A DNA stretch of 64,000 nucleotides from Myxococcota bacterium (GTDB lineage Bacteria > Myxococcota_A > UBA9042 > PHBI01 > JAWLBL01). The stretch lies in NCBI GenBank assembly GCA_041687695.1, contig JAWLBL010000014.1, positions 1 to 64,000 of the forward strand. The letters are read 5' to 3'. Positions 20,161 through 27,318 of the stretch are shown in pieces. The notes below the pieces were generated by a model. The model worked only from the letters and a program-made list of their open reading frames with translations, did not search any database and was not told the origin of the DNA. Position 1 is the stretch's first letter. Every line of letters begins with the position of its first letter. Both the position numbers and the translations under genes were made by a program.

Positions 20161-20987
20161 GCGCTCGGACGACCCGACCGACGACCCCTTCGACCGCGCC
20201 GCGCGACGGCGCTCTGGCGCACGCGCTCCGATGGGCCCTGGCGCTCGTCGCCCTTGCGACCTGCGGCCTGGTGGTGGGCTGCACGGGCACCGACGTCGGC
20301 AACCCGATGCGCGAGACGCGCACGCTCGAGCTCGCGGGCTTCCTCGAGGCCGATCCGGAAGCCGAGCCCACCGCGGTCCCCGGCGCCACCCTCGACGAGT
20401 TCTGGCTGATCATCGACGAGGTGCGCCTTTACGAGCTGGCCCGGTGCGACGACGACGCCCAGGTCGACATCTCCGCGCCGTGGGTCGTCGAGCTCGTCTC
20501 CGGCGCCGAGCTGCCCGCCGCTCCGACCTTCACGCGCCCGAACACGGACTACTGCAAGATGAAGGTGAAGTTCGGCGCCATGCCCGCCAACGCGCTCCCG
20601 GCTGGGGCGCCCGCGGAGCTGGCCGACGTCTCGGTCCTGGTCCGCGGGACCCGCGCCGACGGCGTCGCGTTCACCATCAGCGGTCGCATCGACGAGCAGC
20701 TGGTGGTGCGCGCGGACCAGACGTCATTCGCCCTCACCGGCGGCGCGCTCTTTTTGACCTCGGCGCTCGACGGGCTCTTCGGCGGCCTGGACCTGACCGC
20801 CTTGGGTGACGAAGCCCCGCTCGAGATCGACCGAGCCAGCCACCCGTCCTTCTTCAATCAGTTCAAGCTCAGCCTGCGCCAGTCCTTCCGCCTCTTCGAA
20901 GACAAGGACCGAGACGGCCTCCTGGGCCCGCCGGACTGGGCCGAGGTGCTCGCGCGAGGCCGCGACGAGGACGGGCCGGGGCGCTGA
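20157..20987 (+). CDS. Hypothetical lipoprotein coupled to the TIGR02147 gene
   Basis: ATGA overlap; hydrophobic segment ending LVVGC-TGTDVGNP. Confidence 0.75.
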   Translation: MSARTTRPTTPSTAPRDGALAHALRWALALVALATCGLVVGCTGTDVGNPMRETRTLELAGFLEADPEAEPTAVPGATLDEFWLIIDEVRLYELARCDDDAQVDISAPWVVELVSGAELPAAPTFTRPNTDYCKMKVKFGAMPANALPAGAPAELADVSVLVRGTRADGVAFTISGRIDEQLVVRADQTSFALTGGALFLTSALDGLFGGLDLTALGDEAPLEIDRASHPSFFNQFKLSLRQSFRLFEDKDRDGLLGPPDWAEVLARGRDEDGPGR

Positions 20988-21005
20988 GGCCCGCCCGGCG
21001 CCCCG

Positions 21006-21551
21006 TCACTGGGGCTGTGGGTGGGGTCGGAAGAACGAGCGCATGCGCTCGCTGCCCCTGCGCTCGCCGACGCCCTCGTGGTCCGCGAGCACCTGGGCCA
21101 CGCCCTCCGGCTCCAGGCCCTGGCCGCGCGCGTCGACGATGACCAGGACCTTGCCGCCCTCGAGCTGCGCCGCGAGGTCGCGGAGGCGTTTTTCGGGCAC
21201 GCCCGCGCCCCAGAGCACGTTCGCCAGCGCCCCGTAGACGCCGCCGCCCGCAGCCCCGAAGGCAGCCGCCGCGATGGGCCCGATGCCGAAGAGCCCCAGC
21301 GGGCCGGCGAGCAGGCTCACGACCACGGCCCCGGTCGCGCCGCCCACGAGCACGCCCTGCCACAGGCCGTGTCCGGCGGAGTCGGTGGCGTGCAGCGGGA
21401 CGTTGCTCTGAGCCAGCTCGTCCAGCTCGGCTTCGGTCCCCACGACGCTGCACGCCTCGGACGCGACCCCGCGCGCGTGGAGCACATCGAGGGCCCGCGC
21501 AGCGTGGGCGCGGTCGGGGAACAGGGCGTAGACCAGATTGGGTGCTGACAT
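21006..21551 (-). CDS. General stress protein-like membrane protein (glycine zipper)
   Basis: VYALFPDRAHAARALDVL, Gly/Ala-rich GVLVGGATGA...GAAGGGVYGAL, GVPE, LEGGKVLVIV. Confidence 0.7.
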   Translation of the reverse strand: MSAPNLVYALFPDRAHAARALDVLHARGVASEACSVVGTEAELDELAQSNVPLHATDSAGHGLWQGVLVGGATGAVVVSLLAGPLGLFGIGPIAAAAFGAAGGGVYGALANVLWGAGVPEKRLRDLAAQLEGGKVLVIVDARGQGLEPEGVAQVLADHEGVGERRGSERMRSFFRPHPQPQ

Positions 21552-21686
21552 GGGCGTACCTCTCTCGCGTCCGGGCCCGCGGGACGGCGGGCCCCAGACG
21601 AAACTAGAGGCACGGCGGCCAACCCTTTCCAATCACAGCATTCTTCGCCTGTCGTCCGCCTCCGCGCGGCGCAGGCCCCGGCGCCC

Positions 21687-22568
21687 TCAGGGGCAGAACG
21701 GCAGGTCGCCGCACGCCTCGCACACGTCGGGGCAGCAGTCGCCCGCCGACGCGCAGGTCGCGTCGCAGTTGCACGGGAAGTTCGGGTTCGCTCCGCCGCA
21801 GTGCCCGGTGCACGACGAGCCCCCCAGCGACTCGCAGGCGAACGCCGCGTTGCAGAAGGTCCCCGCCGAGCACCCGCCGCACGAGCCGCCGCAGCCGTCG
21901 TCGCCGCACGCCTTGCCCGCGCAGCTCGGGGCGCAGGGCGCCACGCAGGCGCCGGCCTGGCACGTCTGCCCCGCCTGGCACGCCCCGCACACACCGCCGC
22001 ACCCGTCCGGCCCGCAGGCCTTGCCCGCGCACGCCGGCGTGCACGACACCTTGCACTGCCCCTCGACGCAGGCCTGCGCCACGCCGCAGCTACCGCAGAC
22101 GCCCCCGCACCCGTCGTCGCCGCACTTCTTGCCCACGCAGTCCGGCGCACACACGCACTGCCCGTCGGCGCCACACGACTCGCCAGCCCCGCAGGCCCCG
22201 CAGCTGCCGCCGCAGCCGTCGTCCCCGCACGCGCGCCCCGCGCACTGCGGCGCGCACCCCTCGTCCGGCGGGACGCTGACGTCCTCGGCCGCGTCTTCGA
22301 CGGCGTCACCGACCGCGTCTTCGGCCGCGTCCTCGGTAGTCTCCGCGGTGGCGTCCTCGGCGTCCCGGCCATCGTGGTCAGGGTCCGCGTCGCCCGAAAC
22401 GTCGGCGGCCGCGTCCCCGCCCCCGGCCTTGCCGTCGAGCGCCGCGTCCGCGCCCACCGCGTCGCAGGCGGCGCCCGTGCAAGCTGCGCCCGACCCGACG
22501 CCGTCCCCACCGCAGGCGCCGGCGAGCGCCAGCAGCCCGACCAGCAGCGCGCGCATCGCCCTCGTCAT
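21687..22568 (-). CDS. Cys-rich lipoprotein with 4 CGxDGCGG repeats and a C-terminal somatomedin-B-like domain
   Basis: LALAGAC lipobox; acidic linker; SCTGHCG...CNCDATCASAGDCCPD; ATGA overlap with the upstream gene. Confidence 0.82.
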   Translation of the reverse strand: MTRAMRALLVGLLALAGACGGDGVGSGAACTGAACDAVGADAALDGKAGGGDAAADVSGDADPDHDGRDAEDATAETTEDAAEDAVGDAVEDAAEDVSVPPDEGCAPQCAGRACGDDGCGGSCGACGAGESCGADGQCVCAPDCVGKKCGDDGCGGVCGSCGVAQACVEGQCKVSCTPACAGKACGPDGCGGVCGACQAGQTCQAGACVAPCAPSCAGKACGDDGCGGSCGGCSAGTFCNAAFACESLGGSSCTGHCGGANPNFPCNCDATCASAGDCCPDVCEACGDLPFCP

Positions 22569-22912
22569 GCGGCCTCGCACCCGGCGCAGCGCTCGACCCA
22601 GGGCATCTCGTCGAGCTGGCCGTCGCTGAGCGCCTCCCCGCAGCGCAAGCAGTGGCCGTAGCCGCCCTCGTTCAAGCGCCGGCGGGCGAGGTTGACCGTC
22701 TCGAGGAAGGCGCGCAGGCGCTCTTCCTTCCGGCGCTTGTCGAGGGGCAAGCCGTGGACGTCGATCTCCCCCAGGGACACGTCCTTGCCGGCCTTGAGCT
22801 CGGCCAGCTTCGTCGCCACCTCGAAGCCCTTGGCGTTGATGCGCGACAGCCGCAGCGCGCGCTGCTCAGGGGTCATGGGGACGCTCGGGCGGTCGGTCGT
22901 GGCGGTGGTCAT
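22565..22912 (-). CDS. TraR/DksA C4-type zinc-finger protein (atypical)
   Basis: LNEGGYGHCLRCGEAL...MPWVERCAGC; GAGGAG RBS. Confidence 0.82.
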   Translation of the reverse strand: MTTATTDRPSVPMTPEQRALRLSRINAKGFEVATKLAELKAGKDVSLGEIDVHGLPLDKRRKEERLRAFLETVNLARRRLNEGGYGHCLRCGEALSDGQLDEMPWVERCAGCEAA

Positions 22913-22926
22913 CGTGATGGCGCTCC

Positions 22927-24114
22927 TCAGGTGGGGACGGGTTCGACCACCAGCTCGAAGCGGCCGTGGTCGAAGGGACGGCCGGGCGCGGCCTCGACCC
23001 GCACGACGCGCTCGCGCCGGCCGGCCTCGGCGAGCCTCAGGGCCCGGTGGACGCAGTACGGGTTGTTGCCGGGCCGACCCAGCAGGCTGTGGGCCGTCCA
23101 CGAGCAGCCGCCCAGGCACGTCTCGGCGTAGTAGCAGGTCCGACAGAAGCCCCACAGGTCGTCGGGCGTGCGCCCCTGCAGCGCCTGCAAGGCCCCGGGC
23201 GCGGCCAGGAGCTCGGACAGGCGCTGCCGGCGCAGGTCGCCGCCGGCGTAGGCAGCCGTCGGCAACGACGGGCACCCCTTGAGCGTCCCGTCGGCCTCGA
23301 TGCCCAGCGCCCACAGGCCGGCGGGGCAGCCCGTCCAGTGGACGCCCTGGGCGCCGCCGGGGCGCAGCTCGGCCTCGTAGGGGCCGAAGTAGCCGATGTT
23401 GTTGGCCGGGAACAGCTGCACCCGGTTCGGGCGCAGGACCTCGCGCTGCAGCCGCGACAGGACGGGGAAGAGCGTCAGCAGCTCGTAGGGCTGAAGCAGC
23501 AGCTCGGGGTCGTCCGCGGCGCGCCCCATGGCCACGGTCAGCTGCACCTGCCAGGCGCGAGCACCCAGCGCCACGACCACATCGGCCAGGGCGGCCAGCT
23601 CGGGCAGCGACCGGCGGTTCAGCTGCGTGTTCACGGCCAGGCGGACCCGGCTGGCGGCGATCCTGCGGGCCGCCGCGATGGCGGCGCGGAACGAACCATC
23701 GACGCCGCGCAGGGCGTCGTGCGTCTGCTCGAGCCCGTCGAGGCTGACGGAGATGGTCGACAGGCCGGCCGCCTCGGCGCGGGCGACGCGCTCGGCCGTC
23801 AGCTGGCGCGCGCCGGTGGTCATGGCGCAGCGCATGCCGCGCTGCACGATGGCGCGGGCGATCTCGTCCCAGTCCTCGCGCAGGTAGGCCTCGCCGCCGA
23901 TCAGCACGACGTCGCGGACGCCCGCCTCGGCCAGCTGGTCGACGACGTCCAGGCACGCCGCGGTGTCGAGCTCGCCGGGGCGGGCGCGTCCCGCGCGCGA
24001 ACCGCAGTGACGGCAGCCCAGATCGCAGCGCAGCGTCAGCTCCCACACGCAGTAGATCGGGTGCGGCGCCGCGGCGTCCGCCTCGCTCGTCGCGCGCGGG
24101 AGCGCCGCGGTCAT
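22927..24114 (-). CDS. Radical SAM/SPASM peptide maturase, splicease (PlpX)/TIGR03913-like
   Basis: VWELTLRCDLGCRHCGSRAG (CxxxCxxC), IGGEAYLR, QVQLTVAMGRA, NNIGYFGPYE, SPASM CPAG...KGCPSL...CRTCYYAETCLGGC...GNNPYCVHR. Confidence 0.9.
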   Translation of the reverse strand: MTAALPRATSEADAAAPHPIYCVWELTLRCDLGCRHCGSRAGRARPGELDTAACLDVVDQLAEAGVRDVVLIGGEAYLREDWDEIARAIVQRGMRCAMTTGARQLTAERVARAEAAGLSTISVSLDGLEQTHDALRGVDGSFRAAIAAARRIAASRVRLAVNTQLNRRSLPELAALADVVVALGARAWQVQLTVAMGRAADDPELLLQPYELLTLFPVLSRLQREVLRPNRVQLFPANNIGYFGPYEAELRPGGAQGVHWTGCPAGLWALGIEADGTLKGCPSLPTAAYAGGDLRRQRLSELLAAPGALQALQGRTPDDLWGFCRTCYYAETCLGGCSWTAHSLLGRPGNNPYCVHRALRLAEAGRRERVVRVEAAPGRPFDHGRFELVVEPVPT

Positions 24115-24464
24115 CGTCCCTCGTCGCCTGCGGCGTCCGCCTCCGCCGCGTCGGCGCCGTCCCCGGCCTCGAGGTCGCCCGTGACGTCGGCCTCGGCGTC
24201 CGGGGTCACCTCACCGGCGGCGTCCTCGACCACGTCGGGGCTCACGTCGTCGAAGTCGGGAGGCTCGCCGTAGGCGCAGGCCGCGATCGCGGTGACGCCG
24301 AAGAAGGTCGCCGCAGCCACGGCGCGGCGCACGCCGGCCGACGCGCCGCCGCGACGGGACGCCGGTACGGCCAGCAGCGCGCCACAGAACGGGCAGCTGG
24401 CCTCGGCGGCCCGCAGGTGGGCATGGCAGGACGGGCAAGGGATCATGTCGACGCGGGTGACCAT
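24111..24464 (-). CDS. Putative radical SAM substrate: zinc ribbon + lipoprotein signal + AYGEPP motif + acidic tail
   Basis: CPSC-x10-CPFC; RR then hydrophobic AVAAATFFGVTAIAAC; C-A-Y-G-E-P-P; ATGA overlap with the radical SAM gene; start may be 24446. Confidence 0.8.
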   Translation of the reverse strand: MVTRVDMIPCPSCHAHLRAAEASCPFCGALLAVPASRRGGASAGVRRAVAAATFFGVTAIAACAYGEPPDFDDVSPDVVEDAAGEVTPDAEADVTGDLEAGDGADAAEADAAGDEGR

Positions 24465-24565
24465 GGGCGCGCTCCGTTGAACCCGGCCAGTGTAGCCATC
24501 GGCCCGGGCGCGAGCAACGCGCCCTCGTGCCTGACAGCGGCCGCGGCCGCGCCTAACGTCGAGGC

Positions 24566-25756
24566 ATGCAGCTGGTCGTCGAGCAGGCCCTGCCCGCCCC
24601 CGCGGCGGCCGTCTGGCCCTTCATCACCGAGCCGGAGCGGATGAACCGCTGGTCGCTGGCGCGGGTCGAGGCGCTGGCCCTCGGGGACGGCGGCCTGCCG
24701 GGCACGGTCGGCGCGCTGCGCAGCGTCACCGTCCGCGCGGCCGGGCGGTCGTTCGTGCTGCGCGAGGTCGTCGAGGAGGCCCTCCCGCCCGAGCGCTTCG
24801 TCTACCGCGTCATCGAGGGACCGGGCGTGCGCGAGCATCGGGGCGTGATGACGCTCGCCCCGGCGCCCGAGGGCGCCCGCCTGCGTTGGGAGGTCACCTT
24901 CGAGATGGCGCTGCCGGGGGCCGCGACGGCGACCCGCCTGCTGCTCGAGCGGCAGCTCGGGGCCAGCCTGCGCCACCTCGCGCGCGTGGTCGTCGGCGCG
25001 CCCGAGGTCCCCGGCCCCGCTTGCCCGGGCCTGGACGAAGCCGACGCGCTGCCCGCGCTGATGGCCGCCGCCGAGGCCATCCACGCCGAGCAGGCCGGGC
25101 TCGCGGATGAGCTCGAGCGAGGCGACGACCCCAAGCGCTGGTTCACCCGGGTCTACGAGCTGGTGACCGCCCAGCAGCTGGCCGCCGTCCGCGCGGGCGC
25201 CATCCGCCACCCGGGCTGGGTCCTGAGGCTCATCCCGCGCTTCCACGACTACTATGTGGTGAACCTGAGGCGCGCGATGGCGCGCGAGCCGGCCCACCCC
25301 GCGGGCGAGCCCTGGCCCGAGGCGCACTGGCGGCGCGCCTTCCGCGCGATGGAGACCGGCGACGGCCGCCACCGCGATCCCGCCTTCGTCCTGTTCTACG
25401 GCCTGCTGCAGGGGGTGCGCGCGCACATCGAGGAGGATCTGCCGCGCGCGCTGGCCGAGGTGTGGACGCGCCACTACGCCGGGCGCTGCGACTACGCGCG
25501 CTTTCGCGCGGATTACCTGTCGATGACGACCATCTTCCGCCGCGCGGCGGCCGGGCTGACCGAGCGCATCCCGCGCGAGCACCTGCCGCGCTACTACCGC
25601 TGGCTCGGACCGCTGCTGCCCCAGGAGGTCAAGGACCTCGTCCAGAAGATCCGCTTCTACGACGTCGCGCGCGAGCGGCTGCGCGCCTTCGAGCGCGGCG
25701 AGCGGCTGGCGCGGCTGATGACGGGCGACCCGCTGGCCGAAGACGTCCGGGGCTGA
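24566..25756 (+). CDS. SRPBCC (START-like) domain fused to a DUF5995-like domain
   Basis: N-terminal LPAPAAAVWPFITEPERMNRW; C-terminal FTRVYELVT, FHDYY, WRRAF, GVRAHIEEDLPRAL. Confidence 0.7.
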   Translation: MQLVVEQALPAPAAAVWPFITEPERMNRWSLARVEALALGDGGLPGTVGALRSVTVRAAGRSFVLREVVEEALPPERFVYRVIEGPGVREHRGVMTLAPAPEGARLRWEVTFEMALPGAATATRLLLERQLGASLRHLARVVVGAPEVPGPACPGLDEADALPALMAAAEAIHAEQAGLADELERGDDPKRWFTRVYELVTAQQLAAVRAGAIRHPGWVLRLIPRFHDYYVVNLRRAMAREPAHPAGEPWPEAHWRRAFRAMETGDGRHRDPAFVLFYGLLQGVRAHIEEDLPRALAEVWTRHYAGRCDYARFRADYLSMTTIFRRAAAGLTERIPREHLPRYYRWLGPLLPQEVKDLVQKIRFYDVARERLRAFERGERLARLMTGDPLAEDVRG

Positions 25757-25765
25757 CGCGCGGCC

Positions 25766-26254
25766 TCAGCCGTCGACGGCGACCCGCACCGGGGTGGGCG
25801 ACAGGACCTGCGCCAGCGCGGCGGGCGACAGCCCCACCAGGAAGCCGCGCTTGCCGCCGTTGATGACGATGCGCGGCAGGTCGAGGATGGTCGCCTCGAC
25901 GAAGACGGGCATGGCGCGGCGCGTGCCGAAGGGCGAGGTCCCGCCGACCTGGTAGCCGGTGTGCTTCTCGGCGACGGCGGGCGCGCACGGCTGGATCTTC
26001 TTGCGGCCGATGGCCTTGGCGAGCAGGCCCGTGCCGACCTGCTTGTCGCCGTGCATCAGGACGATGAGGGGCTGCTTGTCCTCGTCCTCCATCACCAGGG
26101 TCTTGACGACGATGTGCTCGTCGACGCCCAGGTGGCGGGCCGAGCTGGCCGTGCCGCCCTTGTCCTCGTACGGGTAGAGGTGCTCGGTGTAGGTCACGCC
26201 GGCGGCGCGCAGGGCGCGGACGGCGGGGGTGACGGGCGCCTTTTCCTTGGCCAT
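25766..26254 (-). CDS. ybaK: Cys-tRNA(Pro) deacylase YbaK/EbsC
   Basis: TPAVRAL, VVKTLV, TGYQVGGTSPFG, INGGKRG. Confidence 0.9.
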   Translation of the reverse strand: MAKEKAPVTPAVRALRAAGVTYTEHLYPYEDKGGTASSARHLGVDEHIVVKTLVMEDEDKQPLIVLMHGDKQVGTGLLAKAIGRKKIQPCAPAVAEKHTGYQVGGTSPFGTRRAMPVFVEATILDLPRIVINGGKRGFLVGLSPAALAQVLSPTPVRVAVDG

Positions 26255-26274
26255 GGGGCTCCCCGGGGTCGGAA

Positions 26275-27318
26275 TCAGCCGGCGAGGGCCACGTCGGCCC
26301 ACACGCCGTAGTGGTCGGAGGCGTAGACCTGGCCCGCGGGGGTCTCGAAGGGCCGGTCGAAGGCGCGGCCGCCGTCGAGCAGGTGCTGGCGGGTGAAGGT
26401 CGGCCCCAGCAGCAGGTGATCGGGCGACTGCGGCAGGCCGTCGTAGTGGGCGACCAGCTTGTAGACGAGGCCCTTGTCCGCGCCGTCGGTGTGGGTCGGC
26501 GCGACCGAGAAGGCGACGTTGGGGTTGCCCTGCGGATCCCAGGTCACGACCGAGTCGCTGACGGTCGGCAGGACGTTGAGCAGGCCCAGGCGCTCGGCGA
26601 AGCCGCGCACCTGCGTGGCGTCGTGGTCCAGGTTCAGGTCGGCGCCCAGCATCACCGGGACCCCGCGCGTGACCCAGCGAGCCATCCAGTCGCGCAGCCG
26701 CGCCAGCTCGCCGTCGCGGACCCGGATGGCGGCCTCGACGTCGCGCAGCAGGCCCCGGTGCGGCTCGCCGGTGACCTCGCCCCGCTCGGCCAGGGCACGC
26801 CACGAGGCGTGTAGCGCCTCGACCTCGGGGTAGGCGTAGCGCAGGTGGGTGTTGAAGACGACCACCGGCTGCCCCTGCACGCGCACCTCGGCTGCCAGGG
26901 CGAAGCGCAGCTGCCCGAGCTGCAGCGCCGCGTAGGGCGAGACGAAGCCGACGCCCGACAGGCGCTTGACGCCGAGCTGCTTCAGCGTCAGCTCGGGGCG
27001 GGCCATGATGGCCAGGCCCTCGCCGGCGCCGATGCCGCGGGGGATGCCGTGGCCCAGCAGGCGCGCGCCCGCGTTGCAGATCTGGCTGACCTCGACCAGC
27101 CCCAGCTCTCGGGCCAGGCGGCTCGAGAAGTCGGGCTGGGGCATGCACTCCTGCAGCAGCAGGACGTCCGGGGCCAAGGCGCGCAGCCCCGCCACCAGGG
27201 CCGCGCGGCGGCGGTCCTTGTGGCCCTCGGGCTCGATGCGCTCGACCGTGATGGGCGTCCGGGGCAGGTGCCCGTGCCAGGTGTTGAGGGTCAGGACCCG
27301 CAGGCGGGGCGAGCTCAC
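26275..27318 (-). CDS. Endonuclease/exonuclease/phosphatase family protein
   Basis: LRVLTLN, PDVLLLQE, NTHL, GADLN, ASDHYGV; GTGA overlap with the OPT stop. Confidence 0.87.
   Translation of the reverse strand: MSSPRLRVLTLNTWHGHLPRTPITVERIEPEGHKDRRRAALVAGLRALAPDVLLLQECMPQPDFSSRLARELGLVEVSQICNAGARLLGHGIPRGIGAGEGLAIMARPELTLKQLGVKRLSGVGFVSPYAALQLGQLRFALAAEVRVQGQPVVVFNTHLRYAYPEVEALHASWRALAERGEVTGEPHRGLLRDVEAAIRVRDGELARLRDWMARWVTRGVPVMLGADLNLDHDATQVRGFAERLGLLNVLPTVSDSVVTWDPQGNPNVAFSVAPTHTDGADKGLVYKLVAHYDGLPQSPDHLLLGPTFTRQHLLDGGRAFDRPFETPAGQVYASDHYGVWADVALAG

Noticed and set aside
21835..22260. Cys-rich repeats as sactipeptide/ranthipeptide substrates of the radical SAM enzyme
   Set aside because: The same repeat occurs in an unlinked secreted protein (34994-36862) and looks like an ordinary disulfide-bonded module; the enzyme resembles YG-acting spliceases
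24111..24464. GDL tripeptide in the precursor tail suggesting the Y-X10-GDL (DUF1843) family
   Set aside because: The Y to GDL spacing is about 30 residues, within a low-complexity acidic tail, so it is probably chance
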